From: Amphiscolops sp. MND2022
Taxonomy: Eukaryota
Assembly: GCA_964187785.1 (NCBI GenBank)
Contig: OZ076409.1
Span: 74,278,001 to 74,342,000 of the forward strand
Direction of reading: 5' to 3'
DNA length: 64,000 bases
Under the pieces are notes generated by a model. The model searched no databases. It worked only from the letters and a program-made list of their open reading frames with translations, and was not told the origin of the DNA. Of the stretch, positions 1 through 11,397 are shown piece after piece. How positions within the stretch are numbered: the first letter of the stretch is position 1; every line of letters starts with the position of its first letter. The translations under genes were made by a program, and so were the position numbers.

Positions 1-700
1 ATCTCGCCACGGGTTTACGCTAGCGCTTGAAAACCCTGCTAAAGAAAGCTTGCAAACTGTCTCAGGAATGGGGTGTGAAATTTTCAGCTCAATCGGACTC
101 AAACTCAGGGAGATATAGCGTTTTTCCGGAGCGGGGGGGTTTCATTTTTCTAACGGTCCAGCTTATCTTAGCCATTTTTTCGAAAACGTACTCGCCTAAA
201 GACCTCCCCTGGCCGATTTTATTCCCAGCAAAACCATTTGGCCCTAAATACGGAGTTTCAGCGTTCCAGCATTCCCGGGCGAAAAGTTGTGGGACTTAGA
301 AAATTTCAAAAATTTTCAAAAATTTTTTTTTCCGTTTTCCGCCCTCCCCCCCTAGGGGAAAAGACCACCCAACCAGTAATTTGAGTGAATTCATGTGGAA
401 AGGCCATGTTTAGAGGAGAAAAATACCGTTTAGATCGTCTTTTTATCTTTATTCAACGTTGACTTATGACGTTTTGAAGGTGATGTTTGGAGGTGTGAAG
501 CACGTGAAAAGTAAACGTTATGAGTATTTATCTGATCTGAAAGCCATTGAGATGCAACCTATTTTGCTCAAAACGTAATTCATATCAGTTTGGTAGTCAA
601 TCAACACCCTTTGTTGTCATTTGACATCTTTTTTTGTTGATATAGGAAAAAATTTCGTGTATTTATTCATTTTTTTATCATCAAATAACTTGAAACAGTT

Positions 701-745
701 GAGTACATTCCATCCCCCCTTCACGGGGGAGATGAGAATGTACTC
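701..745 (+). other. Conserved ~45-nt internal hairpin of the 1.3-kb units (representative copy)
   Basis: GAGTACATTC-CATC-CCCC…GGGG-aGATG-a-GAATGTACTC. It is conserved even where flanks are unalignable by eye (e.g. ~7115, ~12359, ~31812, ~44665, ~63149). Confidence 0.8.
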
Positions 746-952
746 GCAAAAAGCCCCGAACTACGGCCCTTACCTTCCTGAGCTACGCAGTATAAAGATT
801 GCATATTGGTTCCGACATTTTGATAGAGTTATATCTTGGTAATCTGTCTGGGTATGCAGAAAAACCAGCACGTGCTTTTTTATACCAAAGTTGCTCACAA
901 CGACATTTATTTTATATCAACGCCCCCATATTTATCAACGCCCCCCGTCCGT

Positions 953-972
953 GGGCATGCCGAGGCATGCCC
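953..972 (+). other. 3'-subterminal palindrome/hairpin GGGCATGCC-GA-GGCATGCCC (representative copy; present before every junction)
   Basis: Perfect 9-bp inverted repeat found in all 38 copies, with a compensatory variant AGG…CCT at 18528, 20524, 32041 and 60819. It is analogous to the Helitron 3' termination hairpin. Confidence 0.9.
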
Positions 973-1046
973 TTCGACGACGTATACCAAAATATGTTCG
1001 AGCGCGTTAGCCTAGGTGCCGGGATTTCCATTCGATAAGGAATTCT

Positions 1047-1074
1047 GCGCGTGTGGGTAGGGCCCCTGGCGCGC
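1047..1074 (+). other. 5'-subterminal stem-loop with (T/G)AGGG(T/C) loop (representative copy)
   Basis: GCGCG-tgt-GGG-TAGGGC-CCC-tgg-CGCGC here. Other subfamilies have different but complementary stems around the same loop (7463-7486, 18639-18662, 30872-30893). Confidence 0.8.
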
Positions 1075-4000
1075 TCCTGTGTTTTCGGTTTTCCTACTCC
1101 TAAATAGGCCCCCTGAATTCCGGGATCTCCTAAACTATCCATACGATTTGGCTGAAATTTGGCACACGTACCCCCCTCGGCACGGTGAAGATGATTCCTT
1201 ACTGACGTTTTGCCCGCTAAACATTTTTTGTTGACCAAAATAACGGTTTTTGGTGGAAAATTTTCAACTTTTTTTAAATTTCATCTTATATCTCGCCACG
1301 GGTCAACGCTAGCGCTTCCAAACCTTTCTAACGAAAGTTTGCAAACTGTCTCAGGAATGCTGTGTGAAAATTTCAGCTCAATCGGACCTGAACTCGAGAA
1401 GATATAGCGTTTTTCCGGAGCGGGGGGGTTTCATTTTTCTAACGGTCCAGCTTATCTTTGCCATTTTTTCGAAAATGCACTCGCCTAAAGGCCTCCCCTG
1501 GCCGGTTTTATTCCCAGCAAAACCATTTGGCCCTAAATACGAAGTTTCAGCGTTCCAGCATTCCCGGGCGAAAAGTTGTGGGACTTAGAAAATTTCAAAA
1601 AATTTCAAAAAAATTTTTTTCCGTTATTTGGGCCCCCAAAGTGGGGGAAAAGACCCCCCAACCAGAAAAGCAAGTGAATGCATGTGCCAAGCCCTTGTTT
1701 AGAGGAGAAAAATGCCGTTTAGAACGTCTTTTTATCTTGGCTCAACGTTGACTTATGACGTTTTGAAGGTGATGTTTGGAGGTGTAAAGCAAGTGAATAG
1801 TAAACGTTATGAGTATTTATCTGATCTGAAAGCTATTGAGATGCAATATGGTTTGCTCAAAACGTAATTCATTGCAGTTTGGCAATCAATCAACACCCTT
1901 TGTTGTCGTTTGACATACTTTTTTGTTGTTATAATAAAAAATTTTGTGTATTTATTCATTTTTTTCTCATCAAATAACTTGAAACAGTTGAGTACATTCC
2001 ATCCCCCCCTTCCGGGGGAGATGAGAATGTACTCGCAAAAAGCACCGAACTACGGCCCTTACCTTCCTGAGCTACGCAGTATAAAGATTGCATATTGGTT
2101 CCGACATTTTGATAGAGTTAAATCTTGGTAATCTGTCTGGGTATGCAGAAAAACCAGCACGTGCTTTTTTATACCAAGTTGCTTACAACGACAATTATTT
2201 TATATCAACGCCCCCATATTTATCAACGCCCCCCGTCCGTGGGCATGCCGAGGCATGCCCTTCGACGACGTATACCAAGATATGTTCGAGCGCGTTAGCC
2301 TAGGTGCCGGGATTTTCTATTCGACAAGTTTGCGCGCCTTGGGGAGGGTCCCTTTGCGCGCTTTAAGATCCAGGTGTTTCCAACTCCTAAACGGGCATGT
2401 GATTTCGACGATCTCCTAAACTAGCCATACGATTTGGCTGAAATTTGGCACACGTACCCCCCTCGGCACGGTGAAGATGATTTCCTACTGACGTTTTTCC
2501 CGCTAAACATTTTTTGTTGACCAAAATAACGGTTTTTGGGGTAAAATTTTCAACTTTTTTTAAATTTCATCTTATATCTCGCCACGGGTACACGCTAGCG
2601 CTTCCAAACCTTGCTGACGAAAGTTTGCAAACTGTCCCAGGAATGCTGTGTGAAATTTACAGCTCAATCGGACTTAAACTCGAGGAGATATAGCGTTTTT
2701 CCGGAGCGGGGGGGTTTCATTTTTCTAACGGTCCAGCTTATCTTTGCCATTTTTTCGAAAATGTACTCGCCTAAAGGCCTCCCCTGGCCGGTTTTATTCC
2801 CAGCAAAACCATTTGGCCCTAAATACGGAGTTTCAGCGTTCCAGCATTCCCGGGCGAAAAGTTGTGGGACTTAGAAAATTTCAAAAATTTTCAAAAATTT
2901 TTTTTTCCGTTATTTGGGCCCCCAAAGTGGGGGAAAAGACCCCGCAACCAGTAAAGCAAGTGAATGCATGTGGAAAGCCCTTAGTTAGATGAGAAAAATG
3001 GCGTTTAGAACGTCTTTTTATCTTGGCTCAACGTTGTCTTATGACGTTTTGAAGGTGACCGTTAGATACGGAAAATTGATGTTTTGAGTCTTTATCCCAT
3101 CTGAAAGCCACTGAGATACAACATGTTTTGCTCAAAACGTATTTCATTGCAGTTTCGCTGTCCATTAACACCCTTTGGTGTCTTTTGACGTATTTTTCTT
3201 TTCTATAATAACATTTTTTCTGTGTATTTATTCATTTGTTTTTCATCAAATAACTTGAAACAGTTGAGTACATTCCATCTCCCTTCCCGGGGGAGATGAG
3301 AATGTACTCGCTAAAGGCCGCGAACTACGGTCTATATCTTCCCCAAAACAAAAGAGATTGAAAATTGTTTCATTTTGTGGAAAAAGTTCTTCTTTTTGTA
3401 CACTGTGACTCGACAAAGTGAACGTTTCTTACCTATTTTGAAACTTCCCTCACCAAAAACCATCTCTAACGTCAGCGCCCCCCTACTTGCATCAACGCCC
3501 CCCGTCCGTGGGCATGCCGAGGCATGCCCTTCGACGACGTATACCAAGATATACCTGGAGCGCGGTAGCCGCTAGGTGGCCGTGTCTTTTCGACGTGCTT
3601 TTGCATTGAGGAGTGGGTAGGGCCCCGCGACGACCTAGAAGAATTGGATGCTCACCGAAACGTGCAGAATTCTACGAGATCTCATAGTTTGAGCCATACG
3701 ATTTTTCTGAAATTTGGCATGTGGCCTGGAATTGGTGAGTAGGTAAAACGTGTAGAAGGTAATTTTTCCCAAATTCCACTGTGAGAGGAGATATGGGCAA
3801 ATAACGGACCCAAAAATGGCAAAAATGCACATTTTTCAACTTTGTCAGCCAATATCTCTTTTCCAGGTGCCCGTAGCGTTCCGCACGTGGACATCAATAT
3901 TGCTCAGCGCTGTTGGAGGAGTGCGTGGACAAATTTTGGTTTAAATCGGACTTAAACTTGACGAGAAATTAACGGTTTTTTGGGCGTTTCCGGGGTAAAT

Positions 4001-7000
4001 TTTTTAACGGTCCAGCTTATCTTTGCCATTTTTTCGAAAATGTACATGCCTAAAGGCCTCCCCCTGGCCGAATTTACTCCCAGCAAACCCATTTGGCCCT
4101 AAATACGGAGTTTCAGCGTTCCAGCATTCCGGGGCGGAAAGTTGTGGGACTTGGAAAAATTTCAAAATTTTTTCAAAAATTTTTTTTCCCGTTTTCCGGG
4201 CCCCCAATGAAGGGGAACGACCCCCCAACCAGTATTTTGAGTGAATTCATGTGGAACGCCCATGTTTGGAGGAGAAAAATGCCGTTTAGAACATCTTTTT
4301 ATCTTAACTTGACATTGACTTATGACGTTTTGAATGTGATGTTAGGATATATGAAGCATGTTAAAAGTTGAAGTTTTGAGTCTTTATCTCATCGGAAAAC
4401 CATTGAGATACAAGCAGTTTTGCTAAAAACGATTTTCATTGTAGGTTAGCAGAGTATTAGTACACTTTGATGTCATTTGAGTATTTTTTTCTTCTATATA
4501 ATAACTGTTTTTATGTATTTATTCCAATTTATCTCATCTTTTAACATCAAGCAGTTGAGTACATTTCATCTCCCTTTCGGGGGAGATGAGAATGTACTCG
4601 CTAAAAACCTAATGCTATGGCGCCAATGTTTGGATGGGAAGTTTTCTATGCTTTGAAAAAAGTTATTTTTAATTACTTGATTTTTTAAAACAATAATTAA
4701 CATGAAGTACATTACTTGCTCCTACTACTACCACCATACATCTCTAACGTCAACGCCCCCTGCTTGCATCAACGCCCCATCGTCCGTGGGCATGCCGAGG
4801 CATGCCCTTCGACGACGTATGCCAAATGCCCAGTGCCACGCAGTCTTTTCCCGCTAGGTGGCCGTGTCTTTTCGACGTGCTTTTGCATTGAGGAGTGGGT
4901 AGGGCCCCGCGACGACCTAGAAGAATTGGATGCTCACCGAAACGTGCAGAATTCTACGAGATCTCATAGTTTGAGCCATACGATTTTTCTGAAATTTGGC
5001 ATGTGGCCTGGAATTGGTGAGTAGGTAAAACGTGTAGAAGGTAATTTTTCCCAAATTCCACTGTGAGAGGAGATATGGGCAAATAACGGACCCAAAAATG
5101 GCAAAAATGCACATTTTTCAACTTTGTCAGCCAATATCTCTTTTCCAGGTGCCCGTAGCGTTCCGCACGTGGACATCAATATTGTTCAGCGCTGTTGGAG
5201 GAGTGCGTGGACAAATTTTGGTTTAAATCGGACTTAAACTTGACGAGAAATTAACGGTTTTTTGGGCGTTTCCCGGGTAAATTTTTTAACGGTCCAGCTT
5301 ATCTTTGCCATTTTTTCGAAAATGTACATGCCTAAAGGCCTCCCCCTGGCCGAATTTACTCCCAGCAAACCCATTTGGCCCTAAATACAGAGTTTCAGCG
5401 TTCCAGCATTCCGGGGCGGAAAGTTGTGGGACTTGGAAAAATTTCAAAATTTTTTCAAAATTTTTTTTTTCCCGTTTTCCGGGCCCCCAATGAAGGGGAA
5501 CGACCCCCCAACCAGTATTTTGAGTGAATTCATGTGGAACGCCCATGTTTGGAGGAGAAAAATGCCCTTTAGCACATCTTTTTATCTTAACTTGACATTG
5601 ACTTATGACGTTTTGAATGTGATGTTAGGATATATGAAGCATGTTAAAAGTTGAAGTTTTGAGTCTTTATCTCATCGGAAAACCATTGAGATACAAGCAG
5701 TTTTGCTAAAAACGATTTTCATTGTAGGTTAGCAGAGTATTAGTACACTTTGATGTCATTTGAGTATTTTTTTCTTCTATATAATAACTGTTTTTATGTA
5801 TTTATTCCAATTTATCTCATCTTTTAACATCAAGCAGTTGAGTACATTTCATCTCCCTTTCGGGGGAGATGAGAATGTACTCGCTAAAAACCTAATGCTA
5901 TGGCGCCAATGTTTGGATGGGAAGTTTTCTATGCTTTGAAAAAAGTTATTTTTAATTACTTGATTTTTTAAAACAATAATTAACATGAAGTACAATACTT
6001 GCTCCTACTACTACCACCATACATCTCTAACGTCAACGCCCCCTGCTTGCATCAACGCCCCATCGTCCGTGGGCATGCCGAGGCATGCCCTTCGACGACG
6101 TATGCCAAATGCCCAGTGCCACGCAGTCTTTCCCCGCTAGGTGGCCGGAAATTTTTTTTTCAGCAAAATCTTTGCCATTGGGGGAGGGGCCCCGGATGGC
6201 CAGTAGTACGGTATAGCTTCCTACCAAATCCAGATGGAAAAAACGTGATTTTGGAAACTAGCCGTCAGAATTTGCTCAAATTTTGCATACGGCTTCCTAT
6301 GACAATCCTAAGAACTAATCCCTACTGGCATTTTGCCCAAAAAACGCAAAAAGTTGGTCAAAATCTTAGTTTTTTGGTCAAAAAATGGCGTTTTTTCGAA
6401 AAAAAATTTTTTCAGAGACAATTACTCGTAACTGGTTCACCCAGCGCAAAAACGCCTAGCTGATTTATTGTTGGGCACTTCATGAGGAGTGCGTATACAA
6501 ATTTTCGTCCAGATCGGAAAAAAAATGACTAAGTATTAGCCGGAATTCGGACGCATTTTTTCGCAAATTTTTGAAAACCTAGTCTATCTCTGCCGTTTTT
6601 TTGCCCAGATTTTTTTCCAGGTCCTCTCCTAAAGGCATCCCCTGGCCGGTTTACTTCCCAGAAAAACCATTTGGCCCTAAATACGGAGTTTCAGCGTTCT
6701 AGCATTCCCGGGCGAAAAGATGTGGGACTTAAAAAAAATTCAAAATTTTTCAAAAATTTTTTTTTTTCGTTTTCCGTCCCCCCAATGAAGGGGAACGACC
6801 CCCCAACGAGGATTTTTGGTGAATTCACGTGGAAAGGCCTTGTTTTGTGGAGAAAATTGCCGTTTAGAGCGACTTTTTATCTTAACTTGACGTTGACCTC
6901 TGTCGTTTTGAATTTGATATTAGTATGTGTTGAGCATGTGAAAAGTTGATGATTTCAGTTGTTCTCTCGTGTTCAAGCCATTGAGATACAAGCGGTAGTG

Positions 7001-7429
7001 ATCAAAATGTGATTTATCGCAATTTGGTGGTGCTTTTGGTGTATTTTGATTCTTTTAAATAAAAAGTTGTTCTTTATATATTTGGTGTATTGATACAAAT
7101 GAACAAGAAACAGTTGAGTACATTTCATCTCCCCCCTTGTGGGGGAGATGAGGATGTACCCGCTAAATGACACGCACAATGGCCCAATTTTATTTTTATG
7201 CGACGTTCTCTAGGCTTTTGCGCAAGCCCACTAAAATTTAGACTGGTTTCCTTTTCTTTTACTCCAAAATTTTCCGTACTAACCACCTTACGCACCACCA
7301 GCTCAACGTAACATCTGTAACGTCAACGCCACACACTCTCACTAACGCCCACCGTCCGTGGGCATGCCGAGGCATGCCCTTCGACGACGTATGCCAAATA
7401 GCGCCACAGGGCGCAAACTTGTCCGCTAG

Positions 7430-10400
7430 GTGCGGGGGGGAAACCCCATCCCTTATCTTGGAGGATTCGGGTAGGGTCCTGAATCCGAGTTCAGTGCCGC
7501 CAGCTCTCAGTAGAAATCTGGGCATTTTTTTGCGATCTCGTGATCTAACCATAGGATTTTAAAGTTGGAGCGGCCCCCACCAGATTTTCCAAAGTTATTC
7601 GCCCCCCACCGGGTTCCAGCGTGATTGAAATATTTTGACGGGGTACACGGGCGACCGTTAGGGGTCATTTTGGGGGTAAAATTTATATCCGGTCGCATAA
7701 CTTTTTTCCTGTTGGATTAAAACTTTGGGACCCTGCTAAAAGTTTCTTGACCGTGTTGCGGGGGCTCCGGAGGTCCAAACCAAATTTTTCTATCTTGAAG
7801 CTATCTCCAAGTACCCCCCCGCCCAAACCGTTATTTTTCCGGAAACGCAGGTTTTTGACCCGGAAGGAGTCGTCTGAGCGCGGGGTCGTTAGGTGATGTA
7901 TTGGGGACGGCCTTGAGACGAAGCGGGGGATATATAGTTTGCCGACCCCAGTTTACCCCCCGCACGGGAAATGACCGTTATATGAGCGGGAAAAATGCCC
8001 CCCTCCACGTTTTACCGCTATTTCCGGTGTGAAGGAGTGGGAGTAGCGCTTCGGGTGCCATATATCAAAAATAAGTTTAGACAAGGACCTATCGGAAACA
8101 TGTAGTTTGGGACCCCCTGGACCAACCCGTTAGCGGGAAATGGGGCTTCCGCCTCCTTTTTTTACTGCTAAAACCGTAAAATGGGCATTGAGGGGTAAAT
8201 ATCTCGTGAACGCGTGGAGCAATCGTGTCCATCACTACTACAAGGTTTCATACCCATGATATGGTGCCTTCAGGGGGGCAAACAGATTTCCGCTATCTAT
8301 CACCGTTACCGACTTGGCCCCCCAGCCTAACCGCTATGTGACCGGAAATGTCACTTTTTGAGCCCAAAGGGTCGGTCCCAGCCGGGGAACGTTAGGTAAC
8401 TTATTGTAGTACTCAATGAGACGAGTTGGGGGATATAGTTTCAGTCAACCCCCGTTACCCCTTGGGACCGGAAATGACCGTTATGTGGGTAAATTTGCAA
8501 TTTTTATACTCTTTGAAGTGTATTTAGGTGCGGAAGGAGTGGTAATAGGTGCTTGGACACTATATGATGTAATGGAGGTCGTGAGGAGAGCATTCGGAAA
8601 TAACCGTTATGTTGACCCCAAAGTCCCCCTGGTACCGTTAACGACCGGAAATGGCCAAATTTTGTGTCTATTGGGTACAAATGTTTGGTATTTTATGGAT
8701 AAAAGTACATGGAAGGTGTTTCAAAGGCCTCCAGAAGTGAACATAGTCATGAAACCTTGTGGGGGGTAACGGTATATAGCACCGGAAGTCCAAACCGTTG
8801 GTCACAGAATAGGTTTTTTGGTTTCAAAATGTCTTTAGGCATAGTTTTGTGGGTTGAATCGTCATAATATCAACTAATACGGACTTTTTTCGGAAATAAA
8901 AATTTTTCCCATTAGTTTCAGGGACCTCCAATGCTTCAGTCAACATAACCGTTACATTTTGATAGCCTTTCAAGTTGACCTGGTGTCAACTTGGAAGGGC
9001 TATCCTTCTAAAATCGTTAATCAAGAGTGTTTTTGGGTAGGTATATGTTGCATTAGTACCAATTAGAGCTTCATCAACAGTTTGCCAACGGCAAAAACGA
9101 TGTCGTGATAATTCCGTTATAAAAATATTAGTTAACAAATTGTTTTCAAAGTTGATTTTTTCCATTAAAAATGTGTCCTAATGCCACCAAATTGAATAAA
9201 ATAATAAATGGTATTGACTAAAACTAAATAACAATGAAAAAGAAGATCAACATTTTTATTAGGTCTCATTATGGAAGCTGAAACCTCACGTTTTAGTTTA
9301 CTTAACGTCAACGCCACATACTTTACATCAACGCCCACCGTCTGTGGGCATGCCGAGGCATGCCCTTCGACGACGTATACCAAACAACCTCCATATCTAC
9401 ACCCACCCGCGGTAGCAGCTAGGTGCGGGGGGGTAACCCCAACAAATATATTGGAGGATTCGGGTAGGGTCCTGAATCCGATTTTAACTCTAATAGCTAT
9501 CGATAGGAAATCTTGCAAAAATTTCGGGATCTCGTGATCTAACCATAGGATTTTAAAGTTGGAGCGGCCCCCACCAGATTTTCCAAAATTATTCGCCCCC
9601 CACCGGGTTCCAGCGTGATTGAAATATTTTGTCGGGGTACACGGGCGACCGTTAGGGGTCATTTTGGGGGTAAAATTTATATAATGTCGCATAACTTTTT
9701 TCCTGTTGGATTAAAACTTTGGGACCCTGCTAAAAGTTTCTTGACCGTGTTGCGGGGGCTCCGGAGGTCCAAACCAAATTTTTCTATCTTGAAGCTATCT
9801 CCAAGTACCCCCCCCGCCCAAACCGTTATTTTTCCGGAAACGCAGGTTTTTGACCCGGAAGGAGTCGTCTGAGCGCGGGGTCGTTAGGTGATGTATTGGG
9901 GACGGCTTCGAGACGAAGCGGGGGACGTGTAGTTTGCCGACCCCAGTTTACCCCCCGGACGGGAAATGACCGTTATTTGAGCGGGAAAAATGTCCCCCTC
10001 CACGTTTTACCGCTATTTCCGGTGTGAAGGAGTGGGAGTAGCGCGTCGGGTGATATATAACAAAAGTAGGTTTAGACAAGGACCTATCGGAAACATGTAG
10101 TTTGGGACCCTCTGGACCAACCCGTTAGCGGGAAATGGCGCTTCCGCTTCCTTTTTTTACTGCTAAAACCGTAAAATGGGCATTGAGGGGTAAATATCTC
10201 GTGAACGCGTGGAGCAATCGTGTCCATCACTACTACAAGGTTTCATACCCATGATATGGTGCCTTCAGGGGGGCAAACAGATTTCCGCTATCTATCACCG
10301 TTACCGACTTGGCCCCCCAGCCTAACCGCTATGTGACCGGAAATGTCACTTTTTGAGCCCAAAGGGTCGGTCCCAGCCGGGGAACGTTAGGTAACTTATT

Positions 10401-11397
10401 GTAGTACTCAATGAGACGAGTTGGGGGATATAGTTTCAGTCACCCCCCGTTACCCCTTGGGACCGGAAATGACCGTTATGTGGGTAAAATTGCAATTTTT
10501 ATACTTTTTCAAGTGTATTTAGGTGCGGAAGGAGTGGTAATAGGTGCTTGGACACTATATGAGGTAAGGGAGGACGTGAGGCGAGCATTCGGAAATAACC
10601 GCTATGTTGACCCTAAAGTCCCCCTGGTACCGTAAACGACCGGAAATGGTCAAATTTTGTGTCTATTGGGTACAAATGTTTAGTATTTTGTAGATAAAAG
10701 TATCTATTAGGTGTTTCGACGGCCTGCAATAGTGAACATAGTCATGAAACCTTGTGGGGGTTAACGGGGTATATAGCACCGGAAGTCCAAACCGTTGGAC
10801 ACAGGATAGGTTTTTGGTTTGAAAATGTCTTTCGGCGTACTTTTGTCGACTATTATGGACTATTATTAAAAATTAAAGTTTTTCCATATAGTTTCAGAGA
10901 CTCCGAAATCTCAACCAACATAACCGTTACACTTTGATAGCCTTTCAAGTTGGCCTGGTGTCAACTTGGAAGCGCTATCCTTCTGAAATCGTTAATCAAT
11001 AGTGTTTTTGGGTAGGTATATATTGCATTAGTACCAATTAGAGCTTCATCAACAGTGTATCAACGACAAAAACTATGCCGTCATGATTCCGTTATTAGAA
11101 TCATAGTGAGCAAATAGTTGAAAAAAATGGTTTTTTCCATACAAAATGTGTCCTAAATGCCAGGAAACCTATTTACCTAACAAATGGTATTAATTGGAAT
11201 GTATGTAACAGATTTATAAAAGTTCAAATTGAATATTACATCTCATTATGGAAGCTGAAACGTAATATTTTAGTTTAATTAACGTCAACGCCACACACTT
11301 TACATCAACGCCCACCGTCTGTGGGCATGCCGAGGCATGCCCTTCGACGACGTATACCAAATACATACCCAAACGACGCCCGTACATCCCGGGCTAG
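7430..11397 (+). mobile_element. Two ~2-kb non-autonomous units (7430-9422; 9423-11397)
   Basis: Same terminal motifs as the 1.3-kb units (head GTGCGGGGGG…GGATTCGGGTAGGGTCCTGAATCC; tail palindrome plus CTAG) but a different interior built of ~167-bp degenerate subrepeats. Confidence 0.85.
8961..9004 (+). other. Conserved ~44-nt internal hairpin of the 2-kb units (representative copy)
   Basis: GATAGCCTTTCAAGTTGAC-CTGGT-GTCAACTTGGAAGGGCTATC, present in all six 2-kb units. Confidence 0.75.

Larger units (their letters stand above)
1..7429 (+). mobile_element. Block of ~1.28-kb non-autonomous units (partial 1-1015; 1016-2303; 2304-3575; 3576-4857; 4858-6140; 6141-7429)
   Basis: Units share termini and a conserved core (…CCTAAAGGCCTCCCCTGGCC…CCATTTGGCCCTAAATACGGAGTTTCAGCGTT…TGTGGGACTT). 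3576-4857 and 4858-6140 are near-identical; 6141-7429 is a diverged subfamily. Confidence 0.85.

Noticed and set aside
940..1020. CRISPR array interpretation (palindromic repeat with variable neighbours)
   Set aside because: The period is 1.3-2 kb, the intervening sequences are mutually homologous, no cas genes are present and the context is eukaryotic.
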